Assembly (NCBI GenBank): GCA_002375985.1
Contig: DFNH01000012.1
Span: forward strand, 2,618-66,617
DNA from: Firmicutes bacterium UBA3572
Lineage (GTDB): Bacteria; Bacillota; Desulfotomaculia; Desulfotomaculales; Desulforudaceae
Reading direction: 5' to 3'
DNA: 64,000 nucleotides
Position numbers and translations under genes: made by a program. Shown piece by piece: positions 26,838-37,444 of this stretch. The notes beneath the pieces were generated by a model. The model saw nothing but the letters and a program-made list of their open reading frames with translations. It did no database searches and was not told where the DNA came from. The first letter of the stretch is position 1; each line of letters starts with the position of its first letter.

Positions 26838-27761
26838 ATGACTATTTACAACTCACCTTTGGAATTGATCGGGCGCACCCCCCTGGTACGCCTGACCCGG
26901 GTGGCGGCCGGACTGCCTGCCGCGGTACTCGCCAAGCTGGAATTCCTGAACCCCGGGGGTAGCGTGAAGGACCGGGTGGCCCTCTCTATGCTGGAAGCCG
27001 CCGAAGCGCAAGGCTGTCTCGGCCCCGGAACGGTGGTCATCGAACCGACCAGCGGCAACACCGGCATCGGCTTGGCCTGGATCTGCGCCCGCAAAGGCTA
27101 CCGGCTGGTGCTAACCATGCCCGAAAACATGAGTCTGGAACGCCAAAGGCTATTGCGCGCCTTCGGAGCCGAAATCATCCTGACCCCCGCGGCCGAGGGC
27201 ATGGCCGGGGCCGTACGCCGGGCAGAGGAACTGGCCGCCCGGACGCCGGGGGCTTTTGTGCCCAGTCAGTTTACCAACCCCGCCAACCCCGCGGCGCATC
27301 GGCAGGGCACCGCCCTGGAAATCTGGAAAGACACCGCCGGCACAGTCGACATTCTTGTTTGCGGCGTGGGTACCGGCGGCACCCTCACCGGCACCGCCGA
27401 GGAGCTGAAAAAACGCAAACCAACCCTCCGGACGGTGGCGGTCGAACCCGCAGAGTCACCCGTACTGGCCGGAGGGCCACCGGGGCCACACCCCATTCAG
27501 GGTATTGGCCCCGGGTTCATCCCGCAGATTTTAAAAACCGCCTTGATCGACGAGGTGATTAGCGTCTCGGGCCCCGAAGCGCGGGAGACAGCGCGCCGAT
27601 TGGCCCGGGAGGAAGGGCTATTAGTAGGTTTATCCGCGGGTGCCGCCGCCCGGGCCGCCCTGAGAGTAGCCGCCCGGCAGGAAAACGCCGGACGTCTGGT
27701 GGTGGTGATCTTCCCGGACAGCGGGGAACGTTACCTGTCTACCGGTCTGTTCGACGACTGA
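26838..27761 (+). CDS. cysK: cysteine synthase A (O-acetylserine sulfhydrylase)
   Basis: PLP lysine motif [27 protein letters not shown]. Starts 4 nt after the CDF stop. Confidence 0.9.
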   Translation: MTIYNSPLELIGRTPLVRLTRVAAGLPAAVLAKLEFLNPGGSVKDRVALSMLEAAEAQGCLGPGTVVIEPTSGNTGIGLAWICARKGYRLVLTMPENMSLERQRLLRAFGAEIILTPAAEGMAGAVRRAEELAARTPGAFVPSQFTNPANPAAHRQGTALEIWKDTAGTVDILVCGVGTGGTLTGTAEELKKRKPTLRTVAVEPAESPVLAGGPPGPHPIQGIGPGFIPQILKTALIDEVISVSGPEARETARRLAREEGLLVGLSAGAAARAALRVAARQENAGRLVVVIFPDSGERYLSTGLFDD

Positions 27762-27812
27762 CAAGAAGGCGGGGTCAAAAAAGCCGGCGTGCGGTCACAC
27801 CGGCCCTTAGCT

Positions 27813-27911
27813 GGTTTCTGCTGAAAAACCCTACCCGGTATGCGCCGGGGCATTATCGGAGTAACACCGGAAGCTTGTTCAAAGAACGAAAGTCGTCCGA
27901 GGAATAGCGGC
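27813..27911 (+). repeat. solo left arm of the MITE-like element
   Basis: About 100 nt, roughly 85 percent identical by eye to 28881-28980 (GGTTTCTGCTGAAAAACCCTACC...GGGGCATTATCGGAG...GCTTGTTCAAAGAACGAAAG...AATAGCGGC). No right arm. Confidence 0.8.
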
Positions 27912-27917
27912 TACAGC

Positions 27918-28343
27918 CTAACTGGTGTCACCCTCCGCGTCCAGGCGCTGCCAGCGAAACAGAAGGTCCCCCCTGATCATCACCCGCAACCGTTCTCCCG
28001 GCTGCAATTCCCCGGTTACCAGCCCATTGTACAACTCGGCGTTCTGGTAGGTGTTCACCGCACCATCGGTGAACATTACCTCCACGTTCTGCCCTTTGCG
28101 GGCGCGCACTAAAGTAACTTCGGCCGTAATCACCGGCAACGAAAACACCTTGAGCGTGACGAGCACCCCGGGCAGTATCACCAGCGCAAAAAGAAACGCA
28201 AACACAAAATAAAGCCTGGGTACGTCCGGATTCAACACCCCGGTCACCGCGATCACCAGGGCCAGGACGATCGGGATAAACAGGGTCATGGGCCAGCTAA
28301 CGTGCTGCATAAACCTCATTTTCATATTGGCCCCCGAAAACAT
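27918..28343 (-). CDS. hypothetical membrane protein (two TM plus C-terminal beta-rich domain)
   Basis: Coding-like ORF co-oriented with and 6 nt downstream of 28350-28787. No family recognised. Confidence 0.5.
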   Translation of the reverse strand: MFSGANMKMRFMQHVSWPMTLFIPIVLALVIAVTGVLNPDVPRLYFVFAFLFALVILPGVLVTLKVFSLPVITAEVTLVRARKGQNVEVMFTDGAVNTYQNAELYNGLVTGELQPGERLRVMIRGDLLFRWQRLDAEGDTS

Positions 28344-28349
28344 TGATGA

Positions 28350-28787
28350 TTAGAGATAAATAATAGTATCCGGATCAACCTCGGGGTTAGATACCAGGTC
28401 CAGCGGCACCCGGTCCAGCCAGTCCTCACCGTACTCCATTTCCACCCGGCGCAACCGGGCGCGGCCATAGTCGGTAATTACGCGTTTACCATCCGCGCTG
28501 GACCGCATGCTCGGCTTCGCACCGGTGAAATAGCCGGCGGCACCTTTGGGGTGCTTGCCGTATTTGCGGCAAAACCAGCTCAACTCCAACGGGGTTACGC
28601 TGCCGCCCGCACGAGAAACTTCCGCCAGCGGCGCCAGGGCACGAATGGTCTGCACCATCATCTCTTTGGCGCCTTCGGCCGCATACAAATTACGTAGCTG
28701 AATCTTGACCGCTTTGAGCTCCTGCTCAATGAGGGCCAACTGGTCGGCCAGTTGCTTGAGGGTTTCTTGCGAAACACTTACTTTCAC
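28350..28787 (-). CDS. hypothetical cytoplasmic protein (N-terminal coiled coil, possible winged-helix C-terminal half)
   Basis: MKVSVSQETLKQLADQLALIEQELKAVKIQLRNL heptad region, then GGSVTPLELSWFCRKYGKHPKGAAGYFTG. No family recognised. Confidence 0.5.
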   Translation of the reverse strand: MKVSVSQETLKQLADQLALIEQELKAVKIQLRNLYAAEGAKEMMVQTIRALAPLAEVSRAGGSVTPLELSWFCRKYGKHPKGAAGYFTGAKPSMRSSADGKRVITDYGRARLRRVEMEYGEDWLDRVPLDLVSNPEVDPDTIIYL

Positions 28788-28880
28788 TGTACTGAAGCGC
28801 TCCTCTCCTACTCCATTTATTCTAGCATTATCCGCGCGGGCTTTGGAATACTTATCGGTAATCCTGCGTTACACGACCTA

Positions 28881-29120
28881 GTTTCTGCTGAAAACTCTAC
28901 CTGGTGTGCGTCAGGGCATTATCGGAAGTCACATTGGGAGCTTGTTCAAAGAACGAAAGCCGTCCCCGAAAAATAGCGGCGACGTCTTTTTCGCCTGCGA
29001 AGCGGGCGAGTTTCGGCGCCGCCCGAGGCGAGCGAGTTCATTTCTTGGCGCGGACATAGTGACTGAAGATAATGCCCTGGCACGGCACACCGCTCCTAAG
29101 GCTACTTTTTCAGCAGAATC
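28881..29120. mobile_element. MITE-like non-coding element, full copy (about 240 bp with ~55-60-nt imperfect terminal inverted repeats)
   Basis: Left arm is GTTTCTGCTGAAAACTCTACCTGGTGTGCGTCAGGGCATTATCGGAAGTCAC. Right arm reverse complement is GATTCTGCTGAAAAAGTAGCC...GGTGTGCCGTGCCAGGGCATTATCTTCAGTCAC. No ORF inside. Confidence 0.75.
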
Positions 29121-29130
29121 GACCCAGAGA

Positions 29131-29168
29131 ACGAAAACCCCGCTCCCTCCTCGAAGCGGGGTTTTCGT
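29131..29168 (-). terminator. groEL intrinsic terminator (bidirectional shape)
   Basis: ACGAAAACCCCGC-TCCCTCCTCGAA-GCGGGGTTTTCGT. Confidence 0.85.
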
Positions 29169-29184
29169 ACAGGTTACCCAAAAC

Positions 29185-30816
<1,632 letters not shown>

Positions 30817-30878
30817 TTATAAACCCCCTTAAGCGCTAATATGGAGTGATATAAAAACACCAAACTCATCACTGCTGA

Positions 30879-31166
30879 CTACTTCTCTAGTACACCGAGT
30901 ACATCACTTTCCCGAAGAATCAGGTACTCTTCACCGTCAATCTTAACCTCGTTACCGGCATACTTGGAATATAAGACTTGGTCACCGACTTTCAGGTCAA
31001 TAGCAACCCGCGTCCCGTTATCCAACAGACGCCCGGGACCCACGGCCACTACCTCGCCCTTTTGCGGCTTTTCCTTGGCCGTATCCGGAAGTACAATACC
31101 TCCTTTGGTCACTTCCTCCATTGGCAGAGGTTTAACCACTACCCTCTCGCCTAGCGGCCTGATCAT
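30879..31166 (-). CDS. groS: co-chaperonin GroES
   Basis: [13 protein letters not shown]...[23 protein letters not shown]. Confidence 0.97.
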   Translation of the reverse strand: MIRPLGERVVVKPLPMEEVTKGGIVLPDTAKEKPQKGEVVAVGPGRLLDNGTRVAIDLKVGDQVLYSKYAGNEVKIDGEEYLILRESDVLGVLEK

Positions 31167-31217
31167 TAAAACCCCTCCTTTATAAAATAGAGATATAGTG
31201 TATGACCAGGGTGTTTG

Positions 31218-31244
31218 TTAGCACTCACCATTAATGAGTGCTAA
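31218..31244 (-). promoter_or_regulatory. CIRCE operator (HrcA binding site)
   Basis: Perfect TTAGCACTC-N9-GAGTGCTAA, 52 nt upstream of groES. Confidence 0.95.
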
Positions 31245-31256
31245 CACCTCACGCTT

Positions 31257-31284
31257 ATTATATTAAGAAAAGCCCACGAGTAAA
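31257..31284 (-). promoter_or_regulatory. candidate sigma-A promoter of groESL
   Basis: Minus strand TTTACT, 16 nt, TATAAT, directly upstream of CIRCE. Confidence 0.6.
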
Positions 31285-31431
31285 CGCAAATCCGCACCAT
31301 TAAGGAAAATTGACCTGCCTAAACCATGAAAACCGGTTTCTGATAATTAACTTTCGGATTCTAGGTTTTACGCGGTATTTGGAAATAAATTTTTTTCTGG
31401 TTAAGTATTTTTTCCGATATAACAAAATTTA

Positions 31432-31468
31432 TACAGAACGAAACGGACCCCCCGCGGAGGTCCGTTTG
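31432..31468 (-). terminator. intrinsic terminator after the 83-aa gene
   Basis: Minus strand AACGGACCTCCGCGGGGGGTCCGTT followed by TCGTTCTGT. Confidence 0.6.
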
Positions 31469-31501
31469 CAAGCAGGCATTTTTGACGCTACCAAAACCGC
31501 A

Positions 31502-31753
31502 CTACTTAAAACAACCCAATTCACAATTCTTTACCTTGATCCCCAGCAGGTCGGCGGCCCGCCCGACCACACGGGGAGAAACGCCAAGGTCCCTGGCCAC
31601 CTTCCTTGCCAGGGTACAACTGATCGATCCCTGAGGCGCGGCCGCCCGTACCGCCTCTAACACTTCCGGTCCGGGATCCTCCAACTGATAATCCTTCTTC
31701 TGATGATAATCCTTCTTCACAACCTGCACTCCTTTCCACAGGTAACTCGACAT
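31502..31753 (-). CDS. small hypothetical protein, HTH-like core and C-terminal NCELGCF motif
   Basis: ISCTLARKVARDLGVSPRVVGRAADLLGIKVKNCELGCFK looks like a helix-turn-helix followed by a Cys pair. Start uncertain. Confidence 0.5.
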   Translation of the reverse strand: MSSYLWKGVQVVKKDYHQKKDYQLEDPGPEVLEAVRAAAPQGSISCTLARKVARDLGVSPRVVGRAADLLGIKVKNCELGCFK

Positions 31754-31826
31754 CTACCGCTATTAGCTATCTAGTCTATCATTAAATAAAAATAATAACG
31801 GAGAGATAAGATAACTGATGGCAAAT

Positions 31827-32414
31827 CTATTTCGAGCGGGGTCCACCGCGAATATCCAGGATACGGGTTTCGGTGATTACCACATGCACCGTCCGGTCAT
31901 GGGCCTCGGGGTAAACGGTCGGACATATCTGAAAGTCGTAAGCCAATCCGATCAGGACCGCATCATCCCTCACCCGGGGCAAAAACCGGTCGTAGTAGCC
32001 ACCCCCGAAACCAAGGCGGTACCCCCAGTAATCAAAGGCCAACCCCGGAACCAGAATACAGTCCAGCTCTCCAGGAGGGATTTCCTCGTAGCGCCTGGGC
32101 TGGGGGATGCCATACGGCCCTGACTCTAAGTCAATCGGGTAGCCGGTAATGCGGGCCGCGATCAACCGGCGCCGCTCCCGGTCGGTGACCGGCACCGCCA
32201 CCCGCCGGCCGGCGTCAAACGTGGCGCGGATCAAAGCGCCGGTTTGAATCTCGTTACGCACATCCATATAAGCCAGGACGGTGCCCGCCTCTCGGAAAGC
32301 CGGCAGCGCCAGAACTTTCCGGGTGACCGCGGCGCTGGCCCGGGCCACCTCCGCCGGGTTCAGGGACGCCCTAATGCGCATCATCGCCATCCTGAGTTCC
32401 TGCTTGCGGTCCAT
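31827..32414 (-). CDS. 5-formyltetrahydrofolate cyclo-ligase
   Basis: VLAYMDVRNEIQT, PGLAFDYWGYRLGFGGGYYDRFL. Abuts the tsaD stop. Confidence 0.85.
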   Translation of the reverse strand: MDRKQELRMAMMRIRASLNPAEVARASAAVTRKVLALPAFREAGTVLAYMDVRNEIQTGALIRATFDAGRRVAVPVTDRERRRLIAARITGYPIDLESGPYGIPQPRRYEEIPPGELDCILVPGLAFDYWGYRLGFGGGYYDRFLPRVRDDAVLIGLAYDFQICPTVYPEAHDRTVHVVITETRILDIRGGPRSK

Positions 32415-33431
32415 CTAGCTACAATCCAAAGCAAGGCCGGCGGCCGCATTGAGGTTGAGGGACGAAAACTCACCCCTAAGGTACCGGTAGTAGCCCGCAC
32501 AGGCCACCATGGCCGCGTTGTCGGTGCAGAACACCGGCGGCGGCACGGTGACCTCGAAACCCTCCGCCGCGGCACGGCGCTTCAATTCCCGGGCCAGTGT
32601 CCGGTTCGCAGCCACCCCGCCCGCCAGTAAAATCCGTGCCGGCCGGTGGACACGCGCCGCGGCCATGGTCTTATCGACCAGTACGTCCACCACCGCCTGT
32701 TGAAACCCGGCCGCCACGTCGGCGGGGTTTATTTCCCGACCTGCCCGCCGGGCCTTTTCGAGGTAATTGATTACCGCAGTCTTCAAGCCACTGAAACTAA
32801 AATCGTAGCTGTCTTCCTCCAGGTAGGCACGGGGAAAAGTTACCGCCGTGGGGTTTCCGTCCCGGGACAGCCGTTCGATCGGGGGGCCACCCGGGTAACC
32901 CAGTCCCATTACCCGGGCTACCTTATCGAAAACCTCGCCCGCCGCGTCGTCGCGGGTACGGCCCAAGAGACGGTAGTCACCGTAACGTGAGATCAGAATC
33001 AGGTCGGTGTGCCCCCCCGAAACGACTAAACAAAGCAACGGAAAAGGGAGATTCGGCTCCACCAGGAAATTGGCGAAAATGTGCGCTTCCAGGTGGTTGA
33101 CGCCGATCAGGGGAATATCGAGAGCAAACGCCACCGTTTTGGCCGCCATGAGCCCTACCAGCAGTGAACCGGCCAGGCCCGGACCGTACGTTACACAGAC
33201 CCCGTGCAGGTCTTGAAAACCGATACCGGCCTCGGTCAACGCCTCCTGAAGCACCGGATTGATTACCTCAAGGTGGCGCCGGGAGGCCACCTCGGGGACC
33301 ACGCCACCAAACTTGTGGTGTAGATCGGCTTGCGAAGCAATGATGTTGGCCCGCACCAAGAAGCCGTCCTCGACTACCGCGGCCGCGGTCTCATCGCAGG
33401 AAGTTTCAATACCCAGCAAAAGTACGCTCAT
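32415..33431 (-). CDS. tsaD: tRNA N6-adenosine threonylcarbamoyltransferase
   Basis: LGIETSCDETAAAV, GGVVPEVASRRH, SGGHT, Kae1/Gcp family. Confidence 0.95.
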   Translation of the reverse strand: MSVLLLGIETSCDETAAAVVEDGFLVRANIIASQADLHHKFGGVVPEVASRRHLEVINPVLQEALTEAGIGFQDLHGVCVTYGPGLAGSLLVGLMAAKTVAFALDIPLIGVNHLEAHIFANFLVEPNLPFPLLCLVVSGGHTDLILISRYGDYRLLGRTRDDAAGEVFDKVARVMGLGYPGGPPIERLSRDGNPTAVTFPRAYLEEDSYDFSFSGLKTAVINYLEKARRAGREINPADVAAGFQQAVVDVLVDKTMAAARVHRPARILLAGGVAANRTLARELKRRAAAEGFEVTVPPPVFCTDNAAMVACAGYYRYLRGEFSSLNLNAAAGLALDCS

Positions 33432-33516
33432 AGTTTTATATTACCAAAAAACCACGTCTATAGCTATTTACCATGTTCTGCGCTATTTTAATTTTATTAT
33501 TTTATTATTCTGGAAG

Positions 33517-33545
33517 TTGCATTTTACCCTTGACTGGGGTATACT
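33517..33545 (+). promoter_or_regulatory. candidate promoter of the zinc-ribbon gene
   Basis: TTGCAT, 17 nt, TATACT in an AT-rich tract. Leaves a ~130-nt 5' UTR. Confidence 0.5.
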
Positions 33546-33674
33546 GTTACTGCCTCTAAAGGTTTCAACTTGTGGTGGATCACCAGAAGGCTGTCTCTTC
33601 TTGAGGGCAAGCTGAACTTGGTGGGACCAGGGTGGACTTTGGAGAGACTCAAAAATCAAGGGGAGATAGCTTTC

Positions 33675-33971
33675 GTGTTCCAAGACAAAGCACTGCAGTG
33701 CAGAGATTGCGGGGCGGACTTCGTGTTCACCGCTGGTGAGCAAGAGTTCTACGCCGAAAAGGGTTTTGAAAATCTGCCGGCCAGGTGCCCAGAGTGCCGG
33801 ACGGCCAGAAGGCAAAACCGTAGGGGTTTCGGCGGCCAGCCCCGGCAAATGTACCCGGCCGTCTGTGCCAGCTGCGGCGTGGAGACCGAGGTTCCGTTCG
33901 AACCCACCGGTGTTAAGCCGGTGTACTGCCGGGATTGTTTCCAATCCCAGCGCCAGTACAACTCCCGGTAA
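33675..33971 (+). CDS. zinc-ribbon protein (two CxxC...CxxC units)
   Basis: CRDCGADFVFTAGEQEFYAEKGFENLPARCPEC and CASCGVETEVPFEPTGVKPVYCRDC. AAGGGGAG RBS favours GTG 33675 over the track start at 33570. Confidence 0.7.
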   Translation: MFQDKALQCRDCGADFVFTAGEQEFYAEKGFENLPARCPECRTARRQNRRGFGGQPRQMYPAVCASCGVETEVPFEPTGVKPVYCRDCFQSQRQYNSR

Positions 33972-34003
33972 AGGGGTAGGCCAAGGGTTTGAATGCACAC
34001 TTT

Positions 34004-34035
34004 AGCCCCCGTTCCCGAAGGAGCGGGGGCTTTTG
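34004..34035 (+). terminator. intrinsic terminator between convergent genes
   Basis: AGCCCCCG-TTCCCGAAGGAG-CGGGGGCTTTT. Confidence 0.75.
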
Positions 34036-34063
34036 CATGAAGAGGCGGCGGAACTGTTTTTAG

Positions 34064-37000
34064 TTATGCCCATTCCAGGAATTTTATCTCTTCGGCCAGC
34101 ACCGACAACGCACCGCCACGGCGCTGCACCCGTCCCCGGACCTCCACCGGTCCGGGGACCGCGAACAGGATCCAGCCGCCGGCGCGGTAGCAATCTTCCA
34201 AAACGGTAACGTCCGCAAGGCCATATTCGTCTTCCAGGGAAAAGAAAACCACCACCCGGCCGCTCTTAGTGGGCGGACGGTGCGGGCGCACCGGAAGCCC
34301 AACCAGGCGCACCGGGGCGCCCTCCGGGCAATCCTCAAGCGCGATGGTGGTCAGGTAGCCCCGGGCTTCCAGAGCGGCACGCCACCGGGCCACGGGATGG
34401 GGCCCGACATCCAGGCCCAGGATGTGCCGCTCATAGCACCGTTTTTCGCTCGCCGTGAAATCGGGCCAGCCGCCGCCGGGGGGTTCGTCCGGGAAAAGCC
34501 CGCCGTCCACACCCCGCCGTCGCCGGAACCGGACCAGCAGCGCCCGCCGGTTGGGCGCCAACTCATCCAAGGCCCCGCACAGGATCAAATTGATCGCCAC
34601 GTCCTTATCCACCGGCGCCCGGGAAAAGAAATCTTCCGCCGAACGAAACGGTCTTTCGGTCCGGGCGGTCAGGATGATCTCCAGGTCCCGGGCGGACATC
34701 CCCCGCACCTGCGACAGCGGCACACGGATGTTCCCCGCCTCCACGGTAAACCGCGTTCCGCTCCGGTTGACGTCCGGCGGCAGTAGTCCCACCCCGCGGC
34801 TTTTGACCACCGTGCAGAGTGTCCGTGGGCTATAGTAACCCAGGGGCTGGTTAGACAAAAGGGCGGCAAAGTACTCCGCGGGGTAATGGTGCGCCAGGTA
34901 ACCGGTGCGGTAGGCGGTTACGGCAAAGGCGGCGGCGTGCGCCTCACAGAACCCGTAACCGGCGTAGCCCCGGAGACAGTCGAAGATTTCGCGGGCCGTA
35001 TTCGCCGCCACGCCGCTCGCCACGGCCCTGCGAACGAACTCCTCCCCGATCGCCTCCACCTCCCGCTGGGAACGGTGCTTGCTGATCACGCGCCGCAGCC
35101 GGTCGGCCTCCCCCGGCGTGAAACCGGCGATGGCGGTGGCGATGGCCAGTACCTGCTCCTGGAACAATACCACCCCGTAGGTTTTCTCCAGGATCGGCTT
35201 CAGCCGCGGATGGAGGTAAGTCACCGGCGCGTCTCCCCGCCGCCGGGCAATGTACGGTTCAACCATATTACCCTGGAGAGGTCCGGGACGGATCAACGCC
35301 ACGCTGGCGATCACGTCTTCCATTTCCCGTGCCTGCAACCGGGACTGAAGCGCACGCTGGGCCGGGCTTTCCAACTGGAACACCCCTATAGTCTTCCCCC
35401 GGCCGAACATGGCAAAAGTCCCGGGATCATCCTCCGGGATCCGGTCGTAGTCAAAGTCCAGGGTATGGTGACGCACCGCCGCCACCGTATCTTCCACGGC
35501 ACTCAGCGTACGCAGGGAAAGCAAGTCAAACTTTAAAAGGTCCAATGCTTCCACATCGTCCTTGTCGAACTGGACAACCACCACCCCCTTGGCCGCCCAT
35601 TGAAGCGGCGTCACCGTGACCAACGGTACCCCGCTAATCACCAGCCCGCCCGGATGCGTGCCCAAAAAGCGCGGGAAACCGGCCACGGCCGCGCAGTACC
35701 GGTAGAGCTCCCGGTAGCGCGGTTCCCGGAACCGGGGATCGTGCAGTTCGGGGTAAAAATCCAGGGCCCGCTCGATACCGTCGGCCGGTACATAGGGGAG
35801 CAGCTTGGCCAGACAGTCGATCTCCGCTTCCGGAAACCCCAGGACTTTACCCAGGTCCCGCACGGCAGCCCGAGCCCGGTAGGTATGGTAGGTGCAGACC
35901 CAGGCCGTGTGTTCCTTACCGTAACGGGCGCAGACGTACGCGGAAACCTGGTCCCGGTAGCGGGCGTCAAAGTCGATGTCGATGTCGGGCGGTTCGGCCC
36001 GTTCGGGACTCAGGAAGCGCTCGAACAAAAGGCCGCGGGCCACCGGATCTACCTCGGTGATCCCCAGGCAGTAAGCGACCGCCGAATCGGCCGCCGAACC
36101 GCGCCCGGCGAAGCGGATGCCCTTTTCCGTCGCGTGGCGCACGATGTCCCAGGCCACCAGGAAGTAGTCTTCGTAACCAAGACGAGCGATCACCTCCAGT
36201 TCGTATTCCAGGCGGGCGGAAACGGTCGCCGATAATCGTCCGTAACGGCGGGAAGCTCCCGCGAAGGCAAGCCGGCGCAGCATCCCCGCCGCACTCTCCC
36301 CGTCCGGAACCGGGAAACGGGGCCGGCGACGCTGCTCCAGGTCCAGGGCCGGGCGGCAAGCCTCGGCCAGTTCCAGGGTGTTGGCCCAAGCCCGCGGGTA
36401 GGACCGGAAAAGGGCGCGCATCTCTTCCGGTGCCTTCAGGTAATTTTCGGCATTGAGACGGCGTGCGGGATGAACTTCCTCCAGATCGGTACCGGTGCGG
36501 ACACAAGTTAAAAGATCGTGCACCGGGAAATCTTCCCGGGCTGCGTAGTGCACGTTATTAGCAGCCACCGTTTTCAGGCCTAGTTTCGTCGCCAACTCGC
36601 ACAGCAGGCGGTTTAGGGTGCGGTTGCCGGGCAGCAAATCCTGGGTCAGTTCCAGGTAAAAGCGCCGTCCGAAGAGCCGCCGGTACCGCCGCGCCGCCTG
36701 TTCGGCCTCCCGGTAGCGGCGGGCCAGTAGCAGGGCGGGCACCTCCCCCCGGCGGCAACCCGAGAGGGCGAAAAGGTTTTGACTATACTCCTCAAGCCGG
36801 CCGTAACTCACCCGCGGCGCCCCGCGGGGATTATCCAGGTGGGCGGCCGTCAACAACCGGCAGAGATTCGCGTATCCTTCGGGGCCGTCGGCCAACAGCA
36901 CCAGGTGAAACCCACCCTCCAGGGTGACCTCGGCACCCTGGAGGGGCTTGAGTCCCGCGTCCATACAGGCTCGATGGAAGCGCACGGCCCCCCCAACATT

Positions 37001-37123
37001 GTCGTGGTCGGTCAGGGCGAGGGCCGGCATCCCGAAGCGGGCCGCGGCCGCCGCCAGATCCTCGATAGCCGAGGCCCCGTCCAGAAAGGAAAACGGCGAA
37101 TGCACGTGCAGGTGTACAAACAC
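34064..37123 (-). CDS. dnaE2: DNA polymerase III alpha-type catalytic subunit, DnaE2/ImuC-like (error-prone class inferred from size and context)
   Basis: PHP N-terminus HLHVHSPFSFLDGAS...LTDHDN, 1019 aa, pol-beta-like palm and OB fold. Immediately downstream of a catalytically truncated Y-family gene. Confidence 0.7.
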   Translation of the reverse strand: MFVHLHVHSPFSFLDGASAIEDLAAAAARFGMPALALTDHDNVGGAVRFHRACMDAGLKPLQGAEVTLEGGFHLVLLADGPEGYANLCRLLTAAHLDNPRGAPRVSYGRLEEYSQNLFALSGCRRGEVPALLLARRYREAEQAARRYRRLFGRRFYLELTQDLLPGNRTLNRLLCELATKLGLKTVAANNVHYAAREDFPVHDLLTCVRTGTDLEEVHPARRLNAENYLKAPEEMRALFRSYPRAWANTLELAEACRPALDLEQRRRPRFPVPDGESAAGMLRRLAFAGASRRYGRLSATVSARLEYELEVIARLGYEDYFLVAWDIVRHATEKGIRFAGRGSAADSAVAYCLGITEVDPVARGLLFERFLSPERAEPPDIDIDFDARYRDQVSAYVCARYGKEHTAWVCTYHTYRARAAVRDLGKVLGFPEAEIDCLAKLLPYVPADGIERALDFYPELHDPRFREPRYRELYRYCAAVAGFPRFLGTHPGGLVISGVPLVTVTPLQWAAKGVVVVQFDKDDVEALDLLKFDLLSLRTLSAVEDTVAAVRHHTLDFDYDRIPEDDPGTFAMFGRGKTIGVFQLESPAQRALQSRLQAREMEDVIASVALIRPGPLQGNMVEPYIARRRGDAPVTYLHPRLKPILEKTYGVVLFQEQVLAIATAIAGFTPGEADRLRRVISKHRSQREVEAIGEEFVRRAVASGVAANTAREIFDCLRGYAGYGFCEAHAAAFAVTAYRTGYLAHHYPAEYFAALLSNQPLGYYSPRTLCTVVKSRGVGLLPPDVNRSGTRFTVEAGNIRVPLSQVRGMSARDLEIILTARTERPFRSAEDFFSRAPVDKDVAINLILCGALDELAPNRRALLVRFRRRRGVDGGLFPDEPPGGGWPDFTASEKRCYERHILGLDVGPHPVARWRAALEARGYLTTIALEDCPEGAPVRLVGLPVRPHRPPTKSGRVVVFFSLEDEYGLADVTVLEDCYRAGGWILFAVPGPVEVRGRVQRRGGALSVLAEEIKFLEWA

Positions 37124-37141
37124 CCAATCCCATCCTTTCCC

Positions 37142-37191
37142 AAAAGGGGACAGGCATGTTTTATGGATAACACGCCCTTTTTGTGGATAAC
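37142..37191. repeat. DnaA-box element, copy 1
   Basis: AAAAGGGGACAGGCATGTTTTATGGATAAC-ACGCCCTTTT-TGTGGATAAC. Two direct 9-mers (TATGGATAA, TGTGGATAA) sit in the 78-nt gap before dnaE2. Confidence 0.85.
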
Positions 37192-37201
37192 AAAACCGCT
37201 A

Positions 37202-37444
37202 TCAATCGTAAATCTTATACAGATACCATTCTCCCTGGTCGGCGTAAAGCTCATAAACGCCGCCGGATTCGGCCTCCACCCGGTAAAATATTTTCTCGGT
37301 CTCCCCGGCCCACCAGCGCCCCGCCTCTTTCCAGACGTCCTCAATCCGCACTACCCGGCGTTTCCCTCGCTCCCAGCAAAAACCGGCAGGACGCCCGCCG
37401 GAATCGGTAACCACGGCCACCGGCCGGTCAACGATCCTGGGCAT
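37202..37444 (-). CDS. small conserved-looking protein coupled to imuB (Trp-rich, ends WYLYKIYD)
   Basis: The ATG lies 17 nt inside the end of imuB (translational coupling). 80 aa with GRWWAGETEKIFYRVEAESGGVYELY. Confidence 0.6.
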   Translation of the reverse strand: MPRIVDRPVAVVTDSGGRPAGFCWERGKRRVVRIEDVWKEAGRWWAGETEKIFYRVEAESGGVYELYADQGEWYLYKIYD

